The notes below the pieces were generated by a model. It had not been told where the DNA came from. It was given only the letters and a program-made list of their open reading frames with translations, and ran no database searches. DNA of 64,000 nucleotides from Acidimicrobiales bacterium. GTDB taxonomy: Bacteria > Actinomycetota > Acidimicrobiia > Acidimicrobiales > SHLQ01. Below are positions 55,058 to 64,000 of this stretch, piece by piece. A program made the position numbers and the translations under genes. The stretch covers positions 118,129 to 182,128 of the forward strand of contig JAHDDK010000001.1 of NCBI GenBank assembly GCA_020629375.1, written 5' to 3'. Numbering within the stretch: position 1 is the first letter of the stretch; every line of letters begins with the position of its first letter.

Positions 55058-55071
55058 GGGCCATTCGGCCC
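55058..55071 (-). terminator. candidate terminator hairpin for the upstream minus-strand membrane gene
   Basis: gggcc-attc-ggccc. On the minus strand it is followed by tcgtttgtgt, a weak U-tract. Confidence 0.35.
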
Positions 55072-55139
55072 AGCCGTACGTCATGGAAACCTTCCCGGTA
55101 TGCGCAGTTGCGCTGTGCACGTGAGCGACGTGGCGCAGG

Positions 55140-55979
55140 TCAGGTGCGGAGCGTGGCGCGGGCGACGAGATCCATCGAAAACGCCATGAGGATCGCCAAG
55201 TAGAGCAGCCCGGTCGCCGCCATGACTGCGGAGTACTGCTTCTCGCGTAGGGCTGCCATCGTGACCAACAGCAAGATGATCGTCGCCACGGTCGACGCAG
55301 CCCAGAACCAGCCGAGCAATCCGGCGAAGCCATCGTCGATCGACCCGTTCAACACCGAGATCATTCCGGTGGGCGCCAACATGACGGCCAACTCGAATGG
55401 CCACAGCGCAGCCGTCCACCGCACGAGCTCGTTGAGCGGACCTCGTCCGAGACCGGGCTGGACGAGATACCAGTGGCCCAGCAACATCGCGTCGCTCACA
55501 GCGCCGAGAAACAACGACCCCACCACGATTCGGGCGATGCCGAGCAGTGGCCCGATCTCGGTTCCTTCAGCGGCATCGACACCGGCGGCGACACAGGCAG
55601 CCAGTCCAACGACCGCCGGGACGAGGTCGAGAACCGGCGGGAACTCCGCCGCATCCTTGTCGAACCGTTGGACGTCTCGGTCGATACCGGTCATTTCTGC
55701 GACCCGAGCAGATCGGCGCTCGACCACCGCTCGCTGCCCCTCGACCCCTGCGGACCGTCGGTAGTAGCTGATTGTCAACGCGGCGCACGATGTCGCGATC
55801 ATGGCAACGTTCAGCACATCTCGTACCAGCACCCACTCGGTGAATCCCGCGATGACGAGAGCGATCACTCCGAAGCTGATGAAGGTGATCCGCTGCAGCC
55901 AGCCGTACCCGAGACCAACCTCTCGGCGACGAGTCGTCACCCACAAGAACAGCAATCCGCCCGCAGCCCATTGGATCAT
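55140..55979 (-). CDS. hypothetical integral membrane protein
   Basis: About 8 hydrophobic segments. Start uncertain (ATG 55979, GTG 56006, track start 56096). Codons upstream of 56006 have low GC3. Confidence 0.6.
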   Translation of the reverse strand: MIQWAAGGLLFLWVTTRRREVGLGYGWLQRITFISFGVIALVIAGFTEWVLVRDVLNVAMIATSCAALTISYYRRSAGVEGQRAVVERRSARVAEMTGIDRDVQRFDKDAAEFPPVLDLVPAVVGLAACVAAGVDAAEGTEIGPLLGIARIVVGSLFLGAVSDAMLLGHWYLVQPGLGRGPLNELVRWTAALWPFELAVMLAPTGMISVLNGSIDDGFAGLLGWFWAASTVATIILLLVTMAALREKQYSAVMAATGLLYLAILMAFSMDLVARATLRT

Positions 55980-56089
55980 GACCGTGGCGGCATCGAGTTC
56001 GATCACGACGGGCAGGCTACGGCGGGTTCTGGGCAGAACTGGGACAGAACCGAATTCATCGATCCGATCGTTTGGGCGATAATCAACAC

Positions 56090-57019
56090 ATGCCACGCCC
56101 GATCTGGTCCGGTTCCATCAGCTTTGGACTCGTCAACATCCCGGTGAAACTCTTCAGCGCGGTGAGTCGCAAGACGGTTCGGTTCAATCAGATCGACTCG
56201 ACCACGGGCTCGCGCGTCAAGCAAAAGCGCGTGTCGGCGGCGACCGGCGAAGAAGTGTCGTACGACGACATCGTCAAGGGTTACGAGCTCCCGAGTGGTG
56301 AGTACGTCACCATCACCGAAGACGAACTTGCGTCGCTCGACCCGGACGCGGTCAAGACGATCGACCTCGAGGAGTTCGTCGATCTCGTCGACATCGATCC
56401 GATCTTTTACGACTCGGCGTACTACTTGGCGCCAAGTCCCGAAACGCAAAAGCCCTACAAGCTCCTGGTGACCGCCATGGAGGAGTCGGGCAAGGTGGGC
56501 ATCGCCCGCTTCGTGATGCGAACCAAGCAGTACCTCGCGGCGATTCGTCCAGCCGACGGACGACTCCTGCTGTCAACGATGGTCTACGCCGACGAGGTTG
56601 TGGCCGCCTCCGATGTCGACCTCTTCGATGGCCTCGACGACGTCGATGTCTCCGATCGCGAGCTCGAAATGGCCCGACAACTCATCTCGTCGCTCGAAGC
56701 CGACTTCGAACCCGACAAGCACTCCGACACGTATCGGATGGCGGTGCTCGACCTGATCGATCGCAAGGCTGCTGGCGAAGAGACGGTGATCGCGGCGCCG
56801 GTCGACGAAGGTGCCGGGTCGGTCGTGGATCTCATGGCGGCCCTCGAGGCGAGCGTTGCCGAGGCGAAGAAGGCCAGGACCCGACACCCGACCGCGAAAT
56901 CAGCTCCCGAAGCCGATTCGGCCCCGGCCAAGAAGAAGGCCGCGAAGAAGTCGGCGGCCAAGAAGACGGCGTCGAAGTCGAAGGCCAAGAAGAAGGCTCC
57001 CGCCAAGAAGGCGAGCTGA
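56090..57019 (+). CDS. ku: Ku (NHEJ DNA end-binding protein) with Lys/Ala-rich basic tail
   Basis: Start at the ATG at 56090 (MPRPIWSGSISFGLVNIPVKLFSA). C-terminus is AKKKAAKKSAAKKTASKSKAKKKAPAKKAS. Confidence 0.95.
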   Translation: MPRPIWSGSISFGLVNIPVKLFSAVSRKTVRFNQIDSTTGSRVKQKRVSAATGEEVSYDDIVKGYELPSGEYVTITEDELASLDPDAVKTIDLEEFVDLVDIDPIFYDSAYYLAPSPETQKPYKLLVTAMEESGKVGIARFVMRTKQYLAAIRPADGRLLLSTMVYADEVVAASDVDLFDGLDDVDVSDRELEMARQLISSLEADFEPDKHSDTYRMAVLDLIDRKAAGEETVIAAPVDEGAGSVVDLMAALEASVAEAKKARTRHPTAKSAPEADSAPAKKKAAKKSAAKKTASKSKAKKKAPAKKAS

Positions 57020-57050
57020 CGCCTCCGGGCGAATCGGCCAAGCTGTCGTC

Positions 57051-57959
57051 ATGCCCGAACCCGAAGTCGTCTTCACCGAAGTTGCTGGGCGGACGCTTCG
57101 ACTCACGAATCTGTCGAAGGTGTTGTACCCGCTCGTCGGGTTCACGAAGGCACAGGTGATCGAGTACTACGCACGGATCGCGCCCGTGATGCTCGATCAC
57201 GTTGGTGATCGCGGAGTGACCTTCAAGCGGTGGCCCGACGGGGTCACCGCCGATCCGTTCTTCAACAAGCGTTGCCCGGACCATCGACCTGAGTGGGTCG
57301 ACACGTGTCTCGGGCCCGGCGATCGAAAGGGTGGCATTCACTACTGCCGGCTCGATGAGGTCGCGTCGATCGTTTGGGCGGCGAACCTCGCCGCGCTCGA
57401 GATCCATGCCCCGATGGCACGCGGGGACGACATCGAATCGCCGACCATGGTCGTGTTCGACCTCGATCCCGGCGCACCGGCGACGATCGTCGAGTGTGCA
57501 CAGATCGCGATCTTGATCCGCGACGTGCTCGAGTTGCTCGGGCTCGAGGCGTACCCGAAGACGTCCGGTTCGAAGGGCATGCAGTTGTATCTGCCGCTCA
57601 ATCAGCCTCACAGCCACGAGCACGCATCGCAGTTTGCGTTGGCCGTGGCCCAGCTGATCGAGAAGCAGCATCCCACGCGGGTGACCTCGACGATGGCCAA
57701 GAAAGAGCGACCCGGCAAGATCTTCATCGACTGGAGTCAGAACTCCCGTCACAAAACGACCATCGCCCCCTACTCGTTGCGTGGAAAGGAGCGTCCCACC
57801 GTGTCGACTCCGCTGACGTGGGACGAGGTCGACGATGGTGCGTCGGGCGAGCCGTTGTACTTCGAATCGAGCGATGTGCTCGAGCGAGTCGACGCGGTCG
57901 GTGACCTCTTCGGCCCGACCGTCACACTCGAGCAGACGCTGCCGGCTCCCGCCTCGTGA
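57051..57959 (+). CDS. LigD-type primase-polymerase domain protein (stand-alone PolDom)
   Basis: Start at the ATG at 57051. LTNLSKVLYP, VVFDLDP, PKTSGSKGMQLYLPL, KIFIDWSQNSRHKTTIAPYSLR. No ligase or phosphoesterase domain in this ORF. Confidence 0.9.
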   Translation: MPEPEVVFTEVAGRTLRLTNLSKVLYPLVGFTKAQVIEYYARIAPVMLDHVGDRGVTFKRWPDGVTADPFFNKRCPDHRPEWVDTCLGPGDRKGGIHYCRLDEVASIVWAANLAALEIHAPMARGDDIESPTMVVFDLDPGAPATIVECAQIAILIRDVLELLGLEAYPKTSGSKGMQLYLPLNQPHSHEHASQFALAVAQLIEKQHPTRVTSTMAKKERPGKIFIDWSQNSRHKTTIAPYSLRGKERPTVSTPLTWDEVDDGASGEPLYFESSDVLERVDAVGDLFGPTVTLEQTLPAPAS

Positions 57960-58609
57960 GCGACGACAACATCTTCACCGACGAGGAGTACCGGGAGCTC
58001 TTCGTCGATGTCGAGCCTCTGACCGAACAGCGCCGCCGACGCGTGCCCGCCTGGTTGTCGGTCCTCGGCGTGCTGCTGGCCGTTGCGATGCTCGCGGGAT
58101 ACTTCGGTGATCTCGTGACCGGGATCCAGACATCGCCGAGCATCCGCGAACCCGCAGACATTCGGGCGTTCGCCCTCGACGAGATCGCGTCGTCCCCGTG
58201 GGGATGGTTGGCGAGCGATGTGGTCGTTCGCGACCTCGAGGAGCCCCGCGTAGGCGCCTACGTGACGAACGCGCCGCCGGACGGAATCATCACGGTCGAC
58301 CTTCGGCCGTGGAACGAGGACCGCCTCGACGAACTCATCGACCACGAGCTCGGGCACCTCGTCGACTTCGCCGTGTGGGGCCTGCGGGGCGATTCCCCTG
58401 AGGGGCGTCGAGGCGGGTTGCGATCCGAAGCTTGGGCCGAGTGCAGCGCGGTCGGCGCCGGTACCCGGCGGGTGGATCAGCGCGACCCCGACACCGAGTA
58501 CCACTGTTTTGCCAACGAGTTCGAGGTGTGGGAGCAGACCATGTCGGCGATCGACGAGATCTGCCGGCCCTGGGGTCCACCCGAATGCCGACCGGTCACT
58601 CTCAACTAA
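57956..58609 (+). CDS. membrane-anchored hypothetical protein with HExxH motif
   Basis: GTG at 57956 in a GTGA overlap with PolDom. One TM helix (WLSVLGVLLAVAMLAGYF). IDHELGHLVDF is a candidate zinc-metallopeptidase motif. Confidence 0.6.
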   Translation: MSDDNIFTDEEYRELFVDVEPLTEQRRRRVPAWLSVLGVLLAVAMLAGYFGDLVTGIQTSPSIREPADIRAFALDEIASSPWGWLASDVVVRDLEEPRVGAYVTNAPPDGIITVDLRPWNEDRLDELIDHELGHLVDFAVWGLRGDSPEGRRGGLRSEAWAECSAVGAGTRRVDQRDPDTEYHCFANEFEVWEQTMSAIDEICRPWGPPECRPVTLN

Positions 58610-58613
58610 CTCC

Positions 58614-58755
58614 GGGGTCAGGCACTTATCATTAACAACACAGGAGCCGCAGGCGGGTTGTTAATGATAAGTGCCTGACCCCACTAGAGGGCCTTAACAA
58701 CACAGGAGCCGCAGGCGGGTTGTTAATGATAAGTGCCTGACCCCACTAGAGGGCC
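58614..58755. repeat. AT-rich long inverted repeat plus 62-nt tandem duplication that includes the ung stop region
   Basis: Left arm ggggtcaggcacttatcattaacaac (58614-58639), 17-nt loop, perfect right arm (58657-58682). The 62-nt unit 58632-58693 is repeated exactly at 58694-58755. The last 11 nt of each unit (actagagggcc) equal the ung 3' end and stop. Confidence 0.85.
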
Positions 58756-59408
58756 CAGTCGATCGGTTGCTGGGCATGCGCGGTGAGTGCGTCATTGGTC
58801 GCGCTGAAGGGCTTGCTGCCGAAGAATCCGCGGTGAGCCGACAGGGGAGAGGGGTGCGGAGATTCGATGATTGTGTGCCGGCTGCGGTCGACGAGTTCGG
58901 CCTTGCGGCGCGCGAACGACCCCCAGAGGATGAACACGACATGATCGGTCTTGTCGCTCACGGTCCGGATGACCCGGTCGGTGAAGGTTTCCCACCCGCG
59001 CTTTTGATGGGACCCCGCCGAGCGGGCCCGAACCGTCAAGGTGGCGTTGAGCATCAGTACGCCTTGGGCCGCCCACGATTCGAGGTTGCCGTGTTCGGGG
59101 ATGGCGATTCCGAGATCGTCGTGGAGCTCCTTGTGGATGTTGACGAGGCTCGGCGGTACGTCGGTCCCGTGCCGGACTGAGAAACACAGCCCATGAGCCT
59201 GTCCGGGGCCGTGGTAGGGGTCCTGTCCGAGAAGCAAGACTCGCGTGTCGGCGTGAGGGGTTCGATGAAGCGCGGCGAACACTTCATCGGGTTCGGGGAA
59301 CACCGTGTGCCGTGCGCGCTCCTCGGCGACGAACTGCTGTAGCTCCGCCCAGTAGGGCTTGGCGAATTCTTCGCGGAGGATCGGGTTCCAATCGGTCTTG
59401 GGCGCCAT
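58746..59408 (-). CDS. ung: uracil-DNA glycosylase, family 1
   Basis: Only the last 220 codons of track ORF 58746..61472. Start at the ATG at 59408. LLLGQDPYHGPGQAHGLCFSV, and HPSPLSAHRGFFG. Confidence 0.95.
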   Translation of the reverse strand: MAPKTDWNPILREEFAKPYWAELQQFVAEERARHTVFPEPDEVFAALHRTPHADTRVLLLGQDPYHGPGQAHGLCFSVRHGTDVPPSLVNIHKELHDDLGIAIPEHGNLESWAAQGVLMLNATLTVRARSAGSHQKRGWETFTDRVIRTVSDKTDHVVFILWGSFARRKAELVDRSRHTIIESPHPSPLSAHRGFFGSKPFSATNDALTAHAQQPIDWAL

Positions 59409-59432
59409 CGGCCGAACGCTAGTGTTTCGGCC

Positions 59433-60875
59433 ATGGCTCTCACGATCTCGACCGCCCGTTCCGTCCCCAAAGCCGCCGAGCTGACGGCCGTCGGGGTCCA
59501 CAAGAACGCCGATCTGCCCGCCGGCGTCGACGCCGATGTACTCGCCAGCCGGGGGTTCGACGGAACCCTCGGCAAGGTCATGATCGCATCCGGGGCATCC
59601 GGGCTCGTCGCGATCGTCGGCCTCGGCGACCCGGCCGAGTTGACCGCAGGCTCGTTTCGCAAGGTCGGCGCCGCGATCGCCCGGGCGTCTCGTCGCCACA
59701 AGGCGATCGCCACCACAGTGCTCGGCGATGTCGACGGCGCCGCAGACGTCGACCCGATCGCCGCCGCTCAGGCGCTCGCCGAAGGTCTTCAGCTCGGTGC
59801 GTACGCGTACAACGAATGGAAGTCGTCCCCCGCGTCCTACGACCTGCGCCGCGTCGCCGTGGTCGGTTCGACGGCGGCCGCTACCCGCAAGGCCGTCGAC
59901 ATCGGCGCCGCGATCGCCGAAGGGCAAGCGCTGGCTCGCACCCTCGTCAACGAGCCCGGCGGCACGCTCACCCCGCCCGAGCTCGCTACCCGCGTCCAGG
60001 CGATGGCCAAAGAGTCGGGGCTGAAGTGCAAGGTGATGGACAAGGCGGCCATCACGCGGGCCAAGCTGGGTGGCGTCCTCGGCGTCAACCGTGGCTCGAC
60101 CAACCCGCCACGCTTCGTGGAACTCACCTACACCCCGAAGAAGGCCAACACCGCCACGTTGGCCTTTGTGGGCAAGGGCATCACCTTCGACGCAGGCGGC
60201 CTGAGCATCAAGACCGGCCAGGGCATGATGACGATGAAATGCGACATGGGCGGTGCTGCTGCAGTCATCGGGGCCATGTCTGCGCTGAAGGCGGCTGAGG
60301 TTCCTGTTGCGGTGAAGGCATACCTGCCGATGACGGACAACATGCTCGGCGGCGACGCCACCCGCCCCGGCGACGTGCTGCGCATCCGGAACGGGAAGAC
60401 CATCGAGGTGCTCAACACCGACGCGGAGGGTCGCCTGATCCTGGCTGACGCGTTGAGCCTGGCGAGCGAAGCCAAGCCCGACGCGATCATCGACCTTGCG
60501 ACGCTCACCGGCGCATGCATGGTGGCCCTCGGCCCGAAGATCGCCGGGCTGATGAGCAACGACGACGAACTCGCCGCCACGGTCGAGTCCGCTGCCGCGC
60601 GCGCTGGCGAACGGGTATGGCGTCTCCCACTCCCTGATGACTACCGCAAGATGGTCGATTCGCCGGTCGCCGACATGAAGAACATCGGTGGACCACACGG
60701 CGGGGCGATCACCGCCGGCATCATCTTGTCGGAGTTCGTCGCGGACGGCGTGTCGTGGGCGCACCTCGACATCGCCGGCCCCGCCTGGACCGACGCGGAG
60801 GATTCCGAGACCCGCAAGGGCGGGACTGGATTCGGTGTCCGCACCCTCGTCGAGCTCGCCCGCAGCTGGGCCTGA
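59433..60875 (+). CDS. pepA: leucyl aminopeptidase (M17)
   Basis: VGKGITFDAGGLSIK, MKCDMGGAAAV, NTDAEGRLILADAL. Confidence 0.95.
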   Translation: MALTISTARSVPKAAELTAVGVHKNADLPAGVDADVLASRGFDGTLGKVMIASGASGLVAIVGLGDPAELTAGSFRKVGAAIARASRRHKAIATTVLGDVDGAADVDPIAAAQALAEGLQLGAYAYNEWKSSPASYDLRRVAVVGSTAAATRKAVDIGAAIAEGQALARTLVNEPGGTLTPPELATRVQAMAKESGLKCKVMDKAAITRAKLGGVLGVNRGSTNPPRFVELTYTPKKANTATLAFVGKGITFDAGGLSIKTGQGMMTMKCDMGGAAAVIGAMSALKAAEVPVAVKAYLPMTDNMLGGDATRPGDVLRIRNGKTIEVLNTDAEGRLILADALSLASEAKPDAIIDLATLTGACMVALGPKIAGLMSNDDELAATVESAAARAGERVWRLPLPDDYRKMVDSPVADMKNIGGPHGGAITAGIILSEFVADGVSWAHLDIAGPAWTDAEDSETRKGGTGFGVRTLVELARSWA

Positions 60876-60882
60876 CCACACC

Positions 60883-61557
60883 TCAACCGATCCGTTCGGT
60901 GATCCGCGGCGTTCGCGTCGGCGGAGGCTCGGGCCAGACGTGTTCGTGTGCGTTACGTGGTGCGGCGAGCCTTTGGCGCGCCGTGCACACGGTGTCGACG
61001 GCCGAGCCGGCCACAGCCGAATCCACACCCCAGGCCGACAACTGGCGACGAACGAGCTCAGGGCTGTCGCCGAGGTCGAGCAGCGTGTGCGCGACCTGTT
61101 CGGCACGGCGACGGGACTCACGCTGTTCGGTGGCTCGGGCTCGGAGGCAACTCGCATGGCGGGCCTGGGTGGATTTCGGCAATCGCTTGACTTGTCCGCC
61201 GTGCAGAAGTGGCAGTCGGGAACGGATCGCGATCGTTGCGTGATCCATCGTCGATCCGAGCCCGAACGACACGAGACGATGGAGCGTCCTGGTGAACGTC
61301 GCGTTACGGCCGGTTCCGGATCGGATGCCCAAGGCGAGGCTCGTCGCTTTGATGTCGGCGCTGAACCCGGAGGGCTCGACGTCGAATCGTTGCGCGAAGT
61401 GGCGGAGCAGCCAGAGTGCCGATGGCCCGATCGTCGGCAGCCAGAACTGTTCGGCGTAGTCACTTCTGGCATCGACGTGCGTGTCGATCGGGCCGCCCTC
61501 GGCGAACGGGATCACGTGAATCGTGGTCAGATCGGTGAGGTCGATCGAAATGGTCAT
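60883..61557 (-). CDS. conserved hypothetical protein
   Basis: 224 aa with ATG start and high GC3 (FWLPTIGPSALWLLRHF). No family recognised. Confidence 0.6.
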   Translation of the reverse strand: MTISIDLTDLTTIHVIPFAEGGPIDTHVDARSDYAEQFWLPTIGPSALWLLRHFAQRFDVEPSGFSADIKATSLALGIRSGTGRNATFTRTLHRLVSFGLGSTMDHATIAIRSRLPLLHGGQVKRLPKSTQARHASCLRARATEQRESRRRAEQVAHTLLDLGDSPELVRRQLSAWGVDSAVAGSAVDTVCTARQRLAAPRNAHEHVWPEPPPTRTPRITERIG

Positions 61558-61705
61558 TGGATACTTCTCCCCTTGGAGCCCGAATCCTGTCGGGCTGAAT
61601 GTGGCCGCTTCTGCGACACTGGACGGGGGAAGTCCTGACCACGGTAAAACTGCGGGGCGGCGACTTCTGACGCCCGGTGGTCATTTCGGTAGATTCGAAA
61701 GCGAC

Positions 61706-63046
61706 ATGGCCCGAGTGTTGATTGCGACTCCCGAACCGATCGGACGCCGGCTCGCTGGCCCCGCGATCCGTGCGGCGCACATGGCCCGCGTCGTCGGCGC
61801 CTCCCACGAGGTTGATCTCGTGTCGCTAGCTGGGGCTTCCGTCAGCCCCGTCGATGGTCGCCCGGTGCATGGCCCCGAGCATCTCGATGGTTTGGAGCGC
61901 TCCATCGACGCCGCCGTCGTGCAGGGGCGAGTTCTCGTCGAACATCCGGCGTTGCACGAATCGTCGGTCCCGCTCGCCATCGACTGGTTCGACCCCTTCC
62001 ACACCGAAGCCCTGCACCGGGGCGGCGCCGACCGGATCCGCCGACGGGACCTCGTCGATGGGGCACATCGCACCCTTCTCGCCCAGGCGGAGCGTGGCGA
62101 CTTCTTCGTTGCGAGCAACGACGCGCAGCGTCTCCACTGGCTCGGCTGGCTGGCGGCAGCCGGTCGATGCGGACCGACGATGCACGACGAGGATCCGACG
62201 ATGCGCACGCTGATCGATGTCGCGCCGTTCGGTACGGCCGAGGCCGCTCGCGGCGGCTCCACCCCGATCCGTGACACCTTCAGCGCAATCGGATCCTTCG
62301 ATCCGGTGATCGTTTGGGCTGGAGGGCTTCATGACTGGCTCGATCCGATGGTCGTCATCGATGCGATGCCGGCAGTCCTCGATGCCGTCGCCGACGCCCG
62401 ATTGGTGTTCTTGGCGGGTCCGCATCCCAACACGTCGATCGAAACGATGGGCGTGCGCGGGCAGGCCATCAACCGTGCTCGAGAGCGCCGACTCTTCGGG
62501 ACACACGTCCTGTTCGTCACCGAGTGGATCGACTACGGCGAACGGCTCGAGTGGCTCGCCGATGCCACGGTTGGCGTCGTGGCCGACACGGGCCATCTCG
62601 AATCGATGGTGTCTCACCGAACCCGACTGCTCGATCACGCAGCAGCGGGTCTACCAACGGTCGGAACCGATCGGGACCCACTGACCCGAGCGTGGGTTGC
62701 GGCCGGCGCCGGCTTGGCGGTTCCCCCGTCGGATCCCCGCGCGTTCGCCGACGCCATCGCTGCGCTGTGCAACGATCCCGAACGTCGCTCCGGTGCGTCC
62801 GCCGCCGCACGGTCGCTCGCCGAATCACATCGCTGGGAGCAGACCCTCGATCCGCTCTGCCGCTGGCTTGCGAATCCGCGTCCCGCGAGCGACCGGGGCC
62901 GCGGCTCGTCGGTGTCTCGGGGGTCCACCGTTCCGACCGGATTGCGTCGAGCCGCGGGTCGAGTGCGTATCCACCTCGACGAGGGCGGGCCGACGCAGGT
63001 TGCGAAGCGCACGATCGGCGCAGCCCGTCGACGACTCGGTCGATGA
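61706..63046 (+). CDS. glycosyltransferase-like protein (GT-B/GT4-like)
   Basis: Start at the ATG at 61706 (MARVLIATPEPIGRRLAGPAIR). The C-terminal half has GLPTVGTDRDPL, similar to the donor-binding region of GT4 enzymes. Confidence 0.7.
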   Translation: MARVLIATPEPIGRRLAGPAIRAAHMARVVGASHEVDLVSLAGASVSPVDGRPVHGPEHLDGLERSIDAAVVQGRVLVEHPALHESSVPLAIDWFDPFHTEALHRGGADRIRRRDLVDGAHRTLLAQAERGDFFVASNDAQRLHWLGWLAAAGRCGPTMHDEDPTMRTLIDVAPFGTAEAARGGSTPIRDTFSAIGSFDPVIVWAGGLHDWLDPMVVIDAMPAVLDAVADARLVFLAGPHPNTSIETMGVRGQAINRARERRLFGTHVLFVTEWIDYGERLEWLADATVGVVADTGHLESMVSHRTRLLDHAAAGLPTVGTDRDPLTRAWVAAGAGLAVPPSDPRAFADAIAALCNDPERRSGASAAARSLAESHRWEQTLDPLCRWLANPRPASDRGRGSSVSRGSTVPTGLRRAAGRVRIHLDEGGPTQVAKRTIGAARRRLGR

Positions 63047-64000
63047 CGGCACGCCCGCACGTCCGAGCGGTCATCGTCAACTTCAACGGCGGGCCGCTTC
63101 TTGAGCGGTGTGTCGATGCGCTTGCTGCGTCCGACGGACTGGCACGCATCGACATCGTCATCGTCGACAACGCGTCGACCGATGACAGTCTCGGCGCGGT
63201 CGCGAAGCGGCCCGAAGTGACCGTGATTGCGCTGCCGACCAATGGTGGATTCGGCGCGAACAATCGTGCGATCGAAGATCTGATCAGCGATTGCCCGCCC
63301 CCTGGCAGGTTGACGAGACCCGATGTCGTTGCTCTGATCAACCCCGACGCCGCGCCGGCCCCCGATGCGCTCGCTCGCCTCGCCTCGCAGCTCTCTGCGA
63401 CGTCCCGAATCGGTGCGGCTGCGCCCCGCATCGTCTTTGACCAGCCGTTCGTCGAGCTCGATGTGCGCGGACGCGTCGAGGTTGAGTCGGCGATTCTCGA
63501 CGGCGACGATGTGTCCAGTCGGGTTCACGGAGCTGGTGACACGATCCGGTTGCCGGGTGATCATGGTCCGATCTGGATATTCGATGGGGCCGGAACCCTG
63601 GCGGTGCCGGTCACTCCGGGATCACAGCGGCTCGAACTCGTCGTGGATGGTGGGGGCGTCGTCGCAGGCGAGCGCGTGGAGCGGCACGGGACGATCCAGG
63701 TCGATGTCGCACGCTACGAGGCAAGCCCCCGGATCCAGAACGCCGGGTCTGCGCTCGACGGCCGCGGTTGGGGACACAATCTCGCCTTTCACACGCCAGT
63801 CGACGATGCGATGTCCGGCCCATCGGTTCCGCTTTGGTGCGGGGCTGCGGTGGCTCTCCACCCGGACATGATCCGTGCCGTGGGCGGATTCCACGAGCCG
63901 TACTTCCTCTACTACGAAGACATCGACCTGGCGCTTCGAGGTCTTGCTGCTGGTTGGCGGACGGTGCATGTCGAAGACGCCGTCGTGCAGCATCGACATT
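63043..64000 (+). CDS. GT2 glycosyltransferase (5' part; runs off the window end)
   Basis: Absent from the ORF track (open-ended). My translation from the ATG at 63043 (ATGA overlap) is MTARPHVRAVIVNFNGGPLLERCVDAL...IVIVDNASTDDS...NGGFGANN...YFLYYEDIDLALR, with no stop through 64000. Confidence 0.85.
   Translation, partial: MTARPHVRAVIVNFNGGPLLERCVDALAASDGLARIDIVIVDNASTDDSLGAVAKRPEVTVIALPTNGGFGANNRAIEDLISDCPPPGRLTRPDVVALINPDAAPAPDALARLASQLSATSRIGAAAPRIVFDQPFVELDVRGRVEVESAILDGDDVSSRVHGAGDTIRLPGDHGPIWIFDGAGTLAVPVTPGSQRLELVVDGGGVVAGERVERHGTIQVDVARYEASPRIQNAGSALDGRGWGHNLAFHTPVDDAMSGPSVPLWCGAAVALHPDMIRAVGGFHEPYFLYYEDIDLALRGLAAGWRTVHVEDAVVQHRH

Noticed and set aside
58746-61472. 908-aa minus-strand ORF, the longest in this part of the track
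   Set aside because: Only its last ~220 codons (58746-59408) are ung. The remainder is Arg/Gly/Pro-rich and lies antisense to well-supported pepA (59433-60875) and partly overlaps 60883-61557. It is a typical high-GC shadow ORF.

Overview
High-GC, actinobacterial-style chromosomal window. The style markers are Ku plus a LigD primase-polymerase, an LPXTG protein, DUF4012, homodimeric-type AceE and an lpd-E2-lipB-lipA arrangement. I recognised no rRNA, tRNA, CRISPR array, transposase, integrase or prophage genes. Gene order runs as follows. (1) 1-1674: end of the suf operon (sufC-sufS). (2) 1.7-4.5 kb: a secreted glycoside-hydrolase-like/RTX protein divergent from a GDP-mannose 3,5-epimerase. 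(3) 4.7-15.6 kb: housekeeping genes (MBL hydrolase, acyl-CoA dehydrogenase, aceE, rnhA, DUF427, SRPBCC, SDR) plus a TagA-like/GT4 pair. (4) About 15.7-43.9 kb: a large surface-glycan locus. It holds a nucleotide-sugar dehydrogenase, LPXTG protein, DUF4012, CapD-like dehydratase, PglD/PglC-like pair, epimerase, about 10 glycosyltransferases, GNAT, deacetylase, Wzz/BY-kinase and a Wzy-like membrane protein. It ends in an unusual PqqD-like/HprK-like kinase fusion. It is interrupted by a hydantoinase-YqeC pair and by a frameshifted RTX-ProX fusion gene. (5) 43.9-45.5 kb: a GGDEF protein. (6) 45.8-50.8 kb: lpdA, an E2 gene with a perfectly duplicated lipoyl domain, and a single-ORF lipB-lipA fusion. 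(7) 52.7-55.0 kb: an HD-GYP protein with a Thr-rich linker, an Ig-like domain and a lamin-tail domain. (8) 56.1-58.6 kb: Ku, LigD-Pol and an HExxH membrane protein. (9) 58.6-60.9 kb: an AT-rich palindromic tandem element, then ung and pepA. (10) 61.7 kb onward: the start of a second glycosyltransferase cluster running off the window. Many long ORFs in the supplied track are antisense shadows typical of high-GC DNA. Start codons were re-chosen by hand where homology, Shine-Dalgarno-like motifs or ATGA/GTGA coupling supported it. All family calls rest on my reading of the translated motifs; no database search was run.
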